Shown here one piece after another: positions 17,455 through 25,563 of a stretch of 64,000 nt of DNA. Each line of letters opens with the position of its first letter. Position 1 is the stretch's first letter. Source of the stretch: Gemmatimonadales bacterium (GTDB taxonomy: Bacteria; Gemmatimonadota; Gemmatimonadetes; Gemmatimonadales; GWC2-71-9); the NCBI GenBank assembly GCA_036555275.1, contig DATBLR010000041.1:1711-65710 (forward strand), read 5' to 3'. The position numbers and the translations under genes were made by a program. The notes beneath the pieces are model-generated. The model saw only the letters and a list, made by a program, of their open reading frames with translations. It had not been told where the DNA came from and did no database searches.

Positions 17455-17516
17455 CCCGCCCCGCACGGCAAGGTCCAGCAACCTCACCGCGTCTCCGCGA
17501 TGCGCGGGCGTCAGGC
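17449..17516 (+). repeat. short integron attC site (family-1 type arms)
   Basis: GCATGACCCGCCCCGCACGGC ... CCGCGATGCGCGGGCGTCAGGC. The arms are complementary. TGA stop lies in GCATGAC. Confidence 0.6.
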
Positions 17517-17701
17517 AGGCCCCCGTCTGGAGTCCGGCTCATGCCGTCATTCCATTTCGCATCGCCAATCCCGACGCGCCCTTCCTCTTGGTCCCCGCCG
17601 GCATCAGTGGCCGAGGCCCGTTCGACTTCGTCGCCGATACCGGCAATGGAGCCCCATATCAGGTCCTGCTAGCTCCTTAGCTGATACGCGATATTGTACT
17701 C

Positions 17702-18271
17702 ATGCGCACGGACAACCTCTATTCAGTCCCACCAAACCTCCCCGCCCCTCAGGATGACGGGGCCTGCGCCCACCTCGTCGGCCTAGACCTTCCCTCGATT
17801 TCCCTCCCGGCGACGACCGGCGGTGAGGTCACACTGGCGGCAGGCACAACGCGCTGGACGGTAGTCTACGCCTACCCCCGAACCGGACTCCCTGACCGGC
17901 CTTCGCCCCCCGGCTGGGACGATATCCCGGGAGCGCGGGGATGTACCCCTCAGAATTGCGCATTCCGAGACCACTTCACCGAGCTCCAGAACCTAGGGGC
18001 GGCCGTGTATGGGCTCAGCACGCAATCCACGGCCTACCAGCAAGAGATGGCGGCTCGCCTCCACCTGCCCTTCCCCGTCCTCAGCGACGAACGGCTCGAG
18101 TTCACTCAGGCTCTGGACCTGCCCACATTCCGGTACGGAGAGTGGACCCTGCTGAAGCGCCTGAGCCTGATCGTGGAGGGCCGACGCATCGTCCACGTCG
18201 TATACCCGGTTTTCCCTTCCAACGCGGATGCGCCCGCGGTTCTGTCATGGCTGCGTGCGCGTGTCAGCTAA
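17702..18271 (+). CDS. peroxiredoxin (AhpC/TSA, Bcp-like)
   Basis: ORF 189 aa. VVYAYPRTG...PGARGCTPQNCAFRD...PFPVLSD. Confidence 0.8.
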   Translation: MRTDNLYSVPPNLPAPQDDGACAHLVGLDLPSISLPATTGGEVTLAAGTTRWTVVYAYPRTGLPDRPSPPGWDDIPGARGCTPQNCAFRDHFTELQNLGAAVYGLSTQSTAYQQEMAARLHLPFPVLSDERLEFTQALDLPTFRYGEWTLLKRLSLIVEGRRIVHVVYPVFPSNADAPAVLSWLRARVS

Positions 18272-18392
18272 CCACCGCTCGAAGGTGCCGGGGCGCGGCC
18301 ATCGGGTTGCTTGGAGCTGAGGCAGGCCCGGCCGTGCCTGGGAGGCTTGCCGACCTGGCCGCGGCCCTACAGCTTCCATGAGAAGGCTAATG
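18266..18392 (+). repeat. integron attC site, family 2 (degenerate right arm)
   Basis: AGCTAACCACCGCTCGAAGGTGCCGGGGCGCGGCCATCGGG ... CTACAGCTTCCATGAGAAGGCTAATG. TAA stop lies in AGCTAAC. Confidence 0.55.
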
Positions 18393-18606
18393 TGTCAAGG
18401 CCGACGTGGCGGCCGCCCCTCCCGACTCCCCGACTCGCTTCCATCCGCGCTCGAATCGCTGCACTCGGCACCTGGTGCACGGTGAGGTTCGCCCGGTCCG
18501 GTGCTGCTGATCTTAATGCACGGCCTCGAGGACCCAAGCTGCAAGCCGCAGTCACCGACCCGGGCGGTGGAGTTCGAGGGAGCAGGGGTCGCCACCGGCC
18601 TCGGGA

Positions 18607-19357
18607 TCAGGCCGTGCTGCGCAGGGGCTCGTAGACGGCCCCAGTGATCCAGAGACGATGGAGCAGCGTCGCCAGCTGGCGGGCGACCCCCACCACCGCG
18701 CGCTTCTTGCCGTTCTTCCCCCCGCGGGCTGCCACCTGGAGCCCCCAGCGCCGGAGCGTACAGTCGGGCCCAAAGGGTCCGAGCACATACGGCGCACCGT
18801 TCACCAGCAACCGGCGGAGCATCGCATCGCCCTGCCTGGTAATTCGGAGCGGGGATGGCGGTCCCCAGAGTCCGCCTGCTTCGGACAGAGTCCGAGGTAC
18901 GCCCCCACCGCCCGGCTGGTTCGGAAGCGGGCCGGGTCCTCCAGCGTCAGCACGTAACAGAGACTCGTCAGCGGGCCGACCCCGGCTACCTGGCGGAGGC
19001 GAGCGGTCTCGGGATAGCGGGTCCGCGCCACTTGGGCCAGCGCCCGCTCCGCCGCGAGGATCTGCACGGTAAGCGCCTCGATCAAGGCGAGCAGCGGCTG
19101 CAGCGCTGGCTGGAGTGGCGTGGGGACCTCAGGCGCCACCCGCCGTGGGAACGCCGGGGCGGAGCTCGCGGGGAGGCGGCCGCCGACCGCGTTCACCGCG
19201 CCCCGGACATGATTGATGAGCTGGGTGCGCGCCCGCACGAGGCAGTCCCGCGCCCGCAGCTGGGCCAGGTCGGCCTGCGCCTGGGCGCTGCGGTGCTGGA
19301 TCGGCGCCAGGAGTCGGACGTCCAGGCGGCCATCCGGGCCAGGGCTTCGGCATCGAT
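18607..19357 (-). mobile_element. IS110-family transposase gene remnant (5'-truncated, at least 2 frameshifts)
   Basis: Read in three frames: IDAEALARMAA / LLAPIQHRSAQAQADLAQLRARDCLVRARTQLINHVRGAVNAVGGRLP...LRQVAGVGPLTSLCYVLTLEDPARFRTSRAVGAYLGLCPKQADSG / LRRLLVNGAPYVLGPFGPDCTLRRWGLQVAARGGKNGKKRAVVGVARQLATLLHRLW. Confidence 0.75.
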
Positions 19358-19648
19358 CCAACTCGCGTAGCCAGCGATACGAACAGACTTCGTCTGCGCG
19401 CGATAGTCCAGGAATTCGGGCAGCGAGAACGGCGCATCCGGTCGCTCGGGCGTCACCGAAGAGACCCACACCAGCTGGTCGGGATGGTCGAACGGCAGGC
19501 CGCGCACAAGGACCACGTCTGCTACCGAGTACACCGCGGCAACCGCCCCGATGCAGATGGCCAAAGTGCCCACACTGAAGCAAGACGTCGATGCGGAACG
19601 CCGAAGGGAGCGGACAGCGTAGCGGAGTTGCTGACGAATGGACGGCAT
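19358..19648 (-). pseudogene. MacB/FtsX-type (ADOP-like) ABC permease, N-terminal 97 codons only
   Basis: MPSIRQQLRYAVRSLRRSASTSCFSVGTLAICIGAVAAVYSVADVVLVRGLPFDHPDQLVWV... The reading frame runs directly into IS110 sequence at about 19357. Confidence 0.65.
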
Positions 19649-19662
19649 CGAAGGTCTCGCGG

Positions 19663-20175
19663 CTAGGATCGTTGCGTGCGAGTGCGCCGGGCTTCGCGCG
19701 ACGCTGCGGACGGGGCCCTGGATGCGCCCGTGGCGCGGTGTACCAGCTCCCGCAGGATGCTGATGGCAGCCTGCCGGGCCGGCGGCGGGTACGTCGCGAG
19801 CAGTCGCGCGTTGTCGCGTAGGATGGCACGACGGAGCCGCCCGTAGCGGCGCCGCCCTTCAGGCGAGGCGACAATCAGCTTGGCTCGCCGGTCATGCGCA
19901 GGGCGCGACCATTCCACAAGGCCATGCTGCGTCATGCCCGAGATGACCCGGCTTGTGGTGCTCTTGTCGAGCCGAAGGGCCAGCGCGAGCCCGGTCAGGC
20001 TTTGTCCACCGCTGGATAGCAGGATGTCGAGGGTGTACGCCTGGACGACGGTTAACCCATGCCTCAGTGCGTGATCGCGGTTCCGGAACTGGTAGATGCG
20101 AATGAACGCCGTCGCAGCGTCATAGAGGTCTGCGGCATCCCGCTGAAGCAATAGCGGCCGTATTCGTGAGACCAT
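19663..20175 (-). CDS. MarR family transcriptional regulator
   Basis: ORF 170 aa. LTVVQAYTLDILLSSGGQSLTGLALALRLDKSTTSRVISGMTQHGLVEWSRPAHDRRAKL winged-helix pattern. Confidence 0.85.
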   Translation of the reverse strand: MVSRIRPLLLQRDAADLYDAATAFIRIYQFRNRDHALRHGLTVVQAYTLDILLSSGGQSLTGLALALRLDKSTTSRVISGMTQHGLVEWSRPAHDRRAKLIVASPEGRRRYGRLRRAILRDNARLLATYPPPARQAAISILRELVHRATGASRAPSAASREARRTRTQRS

Positions 20176-20206
20176 CTGCCCGGCGCTCCGGAAAGTAATC
20201 CCAAGA

Positions 20207-20225
20207 TAGTTGCCATTGACAACTA
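20207..20225. promoter_or_regulatory. palindromic operator candidate (MarR box)
   Basis: TAGTTGCCATTGACAACTA, with 8 of 9 matching arms. It lies 32 nt upstream of marR in a divergent intergenic region. Confidence 0.5.
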
Positions 20226-20289
20226 AACAAGGGGGATAGGCAACTCTTGGTCACCGCTGCGCCCGGGCCTGTCCTCAGCCCGCTCCCGC

Positions 20290-20520
20290 CGGAGCCGGTG
20301 ATCCAGGAATGGGTCCATAGCGCCTTCATCGGGACGGACCTGGATGCCCACCTGCGGGGTGCAGGCATTCACCCGCCTGCTCGGGGGTGGCCTCACCACG
20401 GACTACTGCGTCTCGACCACAGGATCGCTGCGAACCGAGAGGTCGCCCTGACCACCATGCATGAGGAGTTCGCCGCTGGCCGCCTGGCGAAGGACGTGCT
20501 CTCAGAGAGCCCCCTCCGGA
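20290..20520 (+). pseudogene. isochorismatase-family hydrolase remnant (5'-truncated, frameshifted)
   Basis: VIQEWVHSAFIGTDLDAHLRGAGIH, then in another frame LLGGGLTTDYCVSTT, then MHEEFAAGRLAKDVL. The N-terminal half is absent. Confidence 0.55.
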
Positions 20521-20524
20521 GGCC

Positions 20525-20566
20525 GGCTGACCAGCGCATCGACCGGTCGGGCCGCGGGCGTCAGAC
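20525..20566 (+). repeat. internally deleted attC (family 1 ends only)
   Basis: GGCTGACCAGCGCATCGACCGGTCGGGCCGCGGGCGTCAGAC. 42 bp. Confidence 0.45.
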
Positions 20567-20612
20567 AGACGCAGTATCTTTCAGGTATGCTTCCCTACTT
20601 CGCTGAGGCTGT

Positions 20613-20897
20613 GTGACAACACCCGATTCCGCCGCCACCGTTTACGCTCTCTTGGAAGAAATCACGCTCCGCCCCCGCAGCGACCTCCGCGGTGCGGTTC
20701 GTCTCGGCCGAGATCTGCAGGTACATCGTGAGGCCCACAGTCTTCGCCTGGTGCCGGAGCTGGAGCGGCGCCTCGGGATCCGTCCTTCCCCTCTCGAGTG
20801 GGGCCAGGTCGAAACAGTACAGGATCTGCTCGCTCTGGCTCAGGCACACGTGCTGCGTGGCCAGTTCTCGGTTGCCGCGCCGCGACCAGCTGTCTAG
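20613..20897 (+). CDS. possible carrier-protein-like ORF (PCP/ACP-type HSL motif)
   Basis: ORF 94 aa with GTG start. VRLGRDLQVHREAHSLRLVPELERRLGIRPSPLEWGQVETVQDLLAL resembles a phosphopantetheine attachment helix bundle. Weak call. Confidence 0.35.
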   Translation: MTTPDSAATVYALLEEITLRPRSDLRGAVRLGRDLQVHREAHSLRLVPELERRLGIRPSPLEWGQVETVQDLLALAQAHVLRGQFSVAAPRPAV

Positions 20898-20925
20898 GTG
20901 GCAAGGCGCCGTCTCCCTTTCGCAA

Positions 20926-21429
20926 ATGCCCATCCCATTGACCCCCGATATGCGGGCACTCATTCAGGTTGCCCATCTTTGCTTCGCGGCGACCGTGACC
21001 GCGGAGGGCCGTCCGAACCTCTCTCCGAAGGGAACCATTCGCGTCTGGAACGACACCAGCGTTTTCTTCCTGGACATCGCCTCTCCTGGGACCCGGGCCA
21101 ACCTGGCTGCGCGCCCGTGGATGGAGCTCAACGTTGTCGACCAACTCTCGCGGCGCGGATATCGGTTTGCCGGCCCGGCCGTGCTCCACACCCAAGGCAC
21201 TGTGTTCGACGACGCCTGTCGGCGTGTCCTTGGCGAGGACCAGGCTACCTATCCGGTAGCGGCCGTCGTCCTCCTCGAGATCGCCAGCGCCGCGCCCCTG
21301 ATCTCCCCCGGCTATCTCCACACCCCCGACGAGAACGCGATGCGGTCCCTTTGGCGAGGCCGTCGAGCCGCTCTGGATCAGCAGTTAGATGCCTTCATCG
21401 CGACTCAGCCGCCGTTTCCCAGGGCTTAA
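20926..21429 (+). CDS. pyridoxamine 5'-phosphate oxidase family (FMN-binding split barrel) protein
   Basis: ORF 20692..21429 trimmed to ATG 20926. LIQVAHLCFAATVTAEGRPNLSPKGTIRVWNDTSVFFLDIASPGTRANL. Confidence 0.7.
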   Translation: MPIPLTPDMRALIQVAHLCFAATVTAEGRPNLSPKGTIRVWNDTSVFFLDIASPGTRANLAARPWMELNVVDQLSRRGYRFAGPAVLHTQGTVFDDACRRVLGEDQATYPVAAVVLLEIASAAPLISPGYLHTPDENAMRSLWRGRRAALDQQLDAFIATQPPFPRA

Positions 21430-21438
21430 GGCCTTGCC

Positions 21439-21523
21439 ACCTAGCCGGCGCGTGCACCTGCCAACGCGCGGTCTTACCGCTATTTTGAGTCCGACTTCAC
21501 CAGTCGCGCGGTGCACCTCAGGC
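21439..21523 (+). repeat. integron attC site, family 1 (mutated cores)
   Basis: ACCTAGCCGGCGCGTGCACCTGCCAACGCGCGGTC closely parallels the family-1 left half. Right end is GCGCGGTGCACCTCAGGC. Confidence 0.55.
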
Positions 21524-21557
21524 GCAGGACAGCAGGGGGCCGCGACAGGAACTTGCC

Positions 21558-21878
21558 ATGATCTTTAAGCGCGCCATCTGGTACCCGATCGCCGTCGTGT
21601 TGAGCGTCGTTAACGTTGCCGCAGTCTGGTTCGCAGCCCGGCCTGCCGAGCCGTGGCATGCCACGATTCACGCAGCGCTCGCTGTGGCGTTCGGGTTATG
21701 GGCCCAGCGCCTCCGGCAGGGCCCGGGCGGAAGCGAGCTCCAGGCTGGGCTCGAAGCACTCGAACTCGAGATGAACGCGCTGCGCCAGGAGCTGGGCGAG
21801 ACGCAGGAGCGCCTGGACTTCGCCGAACGCATGCTTGCGCAGGGACCCGAACCGCGCCGAGTGGACCGGCAGCCTTAG
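21558..21878 (+). CDS. small membrane / coiled-coil protein
   Basis: ORF 106 aa. Two hydrophobic helices, then LEALELEMNALRQELGETQERLDFAERML. TAG stop lies in GCCTTAG. Confidence 0.6.
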   Translation: MIFKRAIWYPIAVVLSVVNVAAVWFAARPAEPWHATIHAALAVAFGLWAQRLRQGPGGSELQAGLEALELEMNALRQELGETQERLDFAERMLAQGPEPRRVDRQP

Positions 21879-22198
21879 GGTCGGAAGCGAGCAGGGAAGC
21901 CGGGGTGACCACGCACCATCATTGGGCGACCGCGGTCGGATGCGTCCGGCTTGCCCTGCTTGGGCTCGCACACGGAGCCGGGGGCCTATCGGCGCCCTCC
22001 TCTGATTGGGGGGCCGCGCTACTCGGGCGCTCCGGCCGGCAATGCATGAGCTCCATTGGTCATGCGTGACCCGCGTTCCAGGGTCCGGCTCAGGCGGTTA
22101 TCCTCCCGCAGCGCATGGACTCGGCAGGGCGTAGCCGCCCCACCGGCCCCTAGTCGATCCCGGCTCCTCCAGCACCCGCTCTGTCCCCAAGGTTATCT
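21872..22198 (+). repeat. cluster of three attC-like elements without intervening ORFs
   Basis: (1) GCCTTAGGGTCGGAAGCGAGCAGGG...GGCTTGCCCTGCTTGGGCTCGCAC (family 2-like). (2) Right half GGTCATGCGTGACCCGCGTTCCAG ending at 22081. (3) CCGCAGCGCATGGACTCGGCAGGGCGTAGCCGCC...CCAAGGTTATCT ending at 22198. Confidence 0.45.
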
Positions 22199-22287
22199 TT
22201 CTACATCGCAACCACCGGTTGCTGATGGCGACTCACCTGGAAAGCGCAGTTGCGGCCGCCGTCCCATCCCCAGCGCGGGAGCCTTGT

Positions 22288-22602
22288 GTGTCAGCTGCCA
22301 GTCCCACCCAGCACCGTATCACCCTGCACGGCCGGGTTCTGCATTTCGTGGCCTACGAGGCCGAGCCGGCCGAGCCGCGACGTGGCGAGCCTTCCCGGCC
22401 ACCCATGTGGTACCTGATGAGCGAGGGGAAGCGTCATCCCGTTATGGAGCACCTCGTGGGTCAATCACTTGCGGCTCTCGACAGGACCCTGCGCGAATGG
22501 GCCGAGGCGAATGCCTTCGGGCCAGTCGCTGCCCCCACCATGCGAGCGCAATTCCAACGTCAGACGGCTGACTTGCGGCAGGGCGATTGGTGGGGTGCCT
22601 AA
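22288..22602 (+). CDS. uncharacterised cassette family, paralogue 1 (HFV.YE / MWYLM / WWG motifs)
   Basis: ORF 22219..22602 trimmed to GTG 22288 (GGGAG upstream) by alignment with paralogues 2 and 3. VSAASPTQHRITLHGRVLHFVAYEAEP...PPMWYLMSEGKRHP...WAEANAFGPV...DWWGA. TAA stop lies inside GCCTAAC. Confidence 0.65.
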   Translation: MSAASPTQHRITLHGRVLHFVAYEAEPAEPRRGEPSRPPMWYLMSEGKRHPVMEHLVGQSLAALDRTLREWAEANAFGPVAAPTMRAQFQRQTADLRQGDWWGA

Positions 22603-22723
22603 CCAGCGCATCGACCAGTCGGGGCGCGGCCGTCGATTGTCTCCGCTCAGACACTGCTTGGCCGTTGCGGCATCGGGTTCCCAGACCGCGCAGCGCCCTC
22701 CAAGAGGTGCGCGGCTGTTAGCC
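22597..22723 (+). repeat. integron attC site, family 1
   Basis: GCCTAACCAGCGCATCGACCAGTCGGGGCGCGGCCGTCG ... CAGCGCCCTCCAAGAGGTGCGCGGCTGTTAGCC. 127 bp. Confidence 0.9.
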
Positions 22724-22744
22724 AGCCCGAAAGACGGCCCTGAC

Positions 22745-22978
22745 ATGAACCTCGCCGACATCCGCGGCCTTTTCCCCGGACTGAAGGACACGATTTACCT
22801 GAACACCGCCACCATGGCCGTAGGGTGCGCACCTGCGAGAGAGGCGTACGAGCGTGCGCTGGACCGCTGGTCGGCCGGCCGGTTTGACTGGCTGGAGGCC
22901 GAACGGGCTGGCGAGGACGCCCGAGGCGTGTTCGCGCAGATCGCTGAGGAACACCCGATGCCCCCCCACCCTCGATGA
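22745..22978 (+). pseudogene. class V aminotransferase / cysteine desulfurase-like N-terminal fragment
   Basis: MNLADIRGLFPGLKDTIYLNTATMAVGCAPAREAYERALDRW... Only about 70 family-like codons are present before the sequence diverges and stops. Confidence 0.5.
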
Positions 22979-23493
22979 GATCCGCTACCCCATAGGACGA
23001 CTCCAACTCGACCCAAACCCCACCGAAGCAAAGCGAAGCACTTGGATCACCCGCTCGCCCCCCTGCCTGACCAGCTCCGTGCCGCCGTCGCCGGCCTCAG
23101 TGATCGGCAACTCGATCAGCCGTATCGTGCCGGCGGCTGGTCCCTCCGGCAGATCACACACCACGTGGCGGACGAGCACTTGAACGCGTTCGCCTACTTC
23201 AAGATGGCCCTCACCGAGGTCGAACCGGCCTCAAGAAATACACTGAGCCGCTCTGGGCCGAGACCACCGACGCCCGCCAAGCCCCGCCTGCACTCTCATT
23301 GACCTTGCTGTCCGGCCTCCATGCGCGATGGGTCACTCTTCTTACATCCCTTAGCCCGGCCGACTTCGAGCGCATCTACCTTGACCCCAGCCGTGGCAGG
23401 GTGTCCATTGCCGAGGGAACCCAGCTATACGCCTGGCACGGGCTGCACCATACTGCCCAAATCATGGGTATGCGAAGGCGCGAAGGCTGGTGA
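22975..23493 (+). pseudogene. YfiT/DinB-superfamily metal-dependent hydrolase, two frameshifts
   Basis: Three frames: [18 protein letters not shown] / [52 protein letters not shown] / LLSGLHARWVTLLTSLSPADFERIYLDPSRGRVSIAEGTQLYAWHGLHHTAQI. Confidence 0.7.
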
Positions 23494-23512
23494 ATGAAGT
23501 TGCCCACTTGGG

Positions 23513-23639
23513 TGCTGTCGACCGCATGAAGCTGACACGCCCTCGGCCATAGGTTGTCTCAGGCGAGCCGCAACCAGCCGTAGCCGTGTTCGCTTGCGCG
23601 AGTACACCTCGGGCTGCAGCTTATGCGGGGCCGTTAGGT
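23513..23639 (+). repeat. integron attC site, family 2
   Basis: GCTGTCGACCGCATGAAGCTGACACGCCCTCGGCC ... CTGCAGCTTATGCGGGGCCGTTAGGT. 127 bp. Confidence 0.8.
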
Positions 23640-23671
23640 GGCAACAACCTTCGCCGTGGCCGAGGAGCACG

Positions 23672-23905
23672 ATGTCGCCTGTGGCGCATACCTGTCCCTT
23701 CTGCCACACCGCCATGCACGCGGGCGTCATCATCGACCGCATCTCCGGGTCGAACACGCGACCGATCTGGATCCCAGAACCAGCGCTAGAGTCCTGGTTT
23801 GGTGGCTTGCGCGAGCCCGTGGGCCCCGAGATGTTCGTCAGCACAGACCGGTGCCCCTCCTGTGGCTACCTTGCGTCCTACGCCAACCCCCGCCCCACTC
23901 CCTGA
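23672..23905 (+). CDS. small zinc-ribbon protein
   Basis: ORF 23594..23905 trimmed to ATG 23672 (GAGGAG upstream). 77 aa. CPFC...H and CPSC pairs. Confidence 0.6.
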   Translation: MSPVAHTCPFCHTAMHAGVIIDRISGSNTRPIWIPEPALESWFGGLREPVGPEMFVSTDRCPSCGYLASYANPRPTP

Positions 23906-24227
23906 ACATGGGTGCAGGTAGCACCTAACCAGCGCGCCCCCCTCCATTCGGAGCACACGATGGAGGCCCACCCTAGGATGACTCCTCGAGCTGCCCTCGC
24001 GTTCATCCGTCGCCACGGCGTCGTGCTCGAAGGTAGGCGCGGACCGGTCCCGAACCTCGCAGAGGCCGTGGCGGCGGCACCCATACGCAAGAGCGGATGC
24101 AGTTGGACGCACGGCCCTTCTTCGAGTACTACCCGCGTGACTCGACCTTCGACCCGGCAACCGGGATGTTCACCTGTCAGTTGGGTGTTCCGGTCGGGCC
24201 GATCTAGAGCGCCCCACGCTCGGTGGT

Positions 24228-24318
24228 GACCTGAGCCTGCATGAAGTTGTCAGGATGCGGCCCTCGGCTCTCCAAGGGCCGCACACCCTGCTGCTGGCTA
24301 TGTAGTCCTGCGTCTGAC
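24228..24318 (+). repeat. attC-like site, family 2 (degenerate)
   Basis: GACCTGAGCCTGCATGAAGTTGTCAGGATGCGGCCCTCGG ... GGCTATGTAGTCCTGCGTCTGAC. Confidence 0.4.
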
Positions 24319-24434
24319 AGCTCGGTTCCGGTGTTTTCCAGTTGCCACAGCCGCCGCGTCTGATACTTCCATCGATGAGCGACCGCTAACATTGCCCGCG
24401 TTAGCGATCGATCCCATTCACGATGGAGTACGCG

Positions 24435-25118
24435 ATGAAACCGACGGTCCATGCCCCCTTCCTGAGCGTGATGGCATTGGCAGCGTGCAACAGCATCTAT
24501 TGGCCCAGCAACTCCAGACTCCCGGGCCCCCCCCACTTTCTCGGGGGAGGGCGATAGCACCACCATCGCCGCCAAGGTGGCCGAGTTTCAGGCCGCGCTC
24601 GGCGGCAGCCTGAACGCACCCAACGCGCCGCCTGCGGAGGGCGGCCGCCGTGAGATCAACTGGGACGGGGTCCCCCCCGCTCTGACTGACGTCGACACTT
24701 TCCCGGACGACGAGGTTGGGCCCGCTCTCGGACCTGTTGCGCGTCGTCCGCCGGGCCGGCGCTTTTTCTCGCGGTCGAGGCCGGGTGCAAAGGCCCTGCC
24801 CGTGGTCGCACCGGAGTCTTCCCGCAGCATGTAGTCCTCCGTCCAACAGATCTCTTCCGCCGCCTTCCAGCCGCCAACGGCGCTCCATCTGAGACGCCCA
24901 GCGATGGCCAAGCGCTTCCATTATCTGTGTCAGCGATCGCTCACACTCCGGATGAAGAGGAAGAGCTTTCCGGCTCGCCCCCGGGGATCTTCGGGAGCAG
25001 CGTGGTCCTGATCGGGCCCAGCTACACCTATGCCGTGACATTCAACACTCCAGGAACGTACGCATATGGCTGCGGGGTCCACGGGTCGGCCCTGACCGGA
25101 GTTATCGTGGTCCAGTAG
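24435..25118 (+). pseudogene. lipoprotein with C-terminal cupredoxin-like domain, multiple frameshifts
   Basis: MKPTVHAPFLSVMALAACNS (lipobox), then a stop. It continues in other frames: AEFQAALGGSLNAPNAPPAEGGRREINWDGVPPALTDVDTFPDD and GPSYTYAVTFNTPGTYAYGCGVHGSALTGVIVVQ. Confidence 0.55.
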
Positions 25119-25303
25119 GCGGCGCCAAGTAGCTCGGTCCGACGCTGGCCGAGCATCTGGGCAGCCGGCTCGATGGGGCGGACGGCGAACCTCCTCACGA
25201 ACTGCTGTTCTGATCGCGAGATGGAAGTCAGGCGCGGGCGTATCCCTCAGCCCGTGTCCCGGCTTCATCGGCTATATTGGGAGTGAGCCTCTCCGGAGCC
25301 AGT

Positions 25304-25534
25304 ATGACCAGCCTCTCGTATCACGGCTTCACCATCACGCCGCGCACCTTCCAAGTGCGGGGATCCGGGCGCTGGACCCGGGACGTGCTGATTGGCCGCA
25401 ACCATGCGCTCCGAGCGTTCTGCGATGCGCGGACGTACAGATCAGAAGAAGCCGCCACTGCCGCATGCTGCGAGCTCGCCCGACGTATCATCGACGGAAC
25501 CGCCCCGGGTTTCTCCGTCGTTGACTTGTGCTAA
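25304..25534 (+). CDS. hypothetical small protein, tandem paralogue A
   Basis: ORF 25277..25534 trimmed to ATG 25304. SYHGFTITPRTFQVRGSGRWTRDVLIGR...ARRIIDGTAPGFSVVDL. Confidence 0.6.
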   Translation: MTSLSYHGFTITPRTFQVRGSGRWTRDVLIGRNHALRAFCDARTYRSEEAATAACCELARRIIDGTAPGFSVVDLC

Positions 25535-25563
25535 CCTAGGACCGAGCCTTCCTGGAATCCACC

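Noticed and set aside
17520-17680. Possible retropepsin-like aspartic protease N-terminal fragment (FLLVPAGISGRGPFDFVADTGNGAPYQVLL).
   Set aside because: Only about 45 codons, no start codon, and the D-T-G context alone is too weak without a search. It is noted only as a possible further remnant.
18801-19874. 357-aa minus-strand ORF as an intact gene.
   Set aside because: Only its C-terminal half matches IS110 transposases. The remainder is an out-of-frame reading of the permease fragment and marR region. The true structure is a mosaic of remnants.
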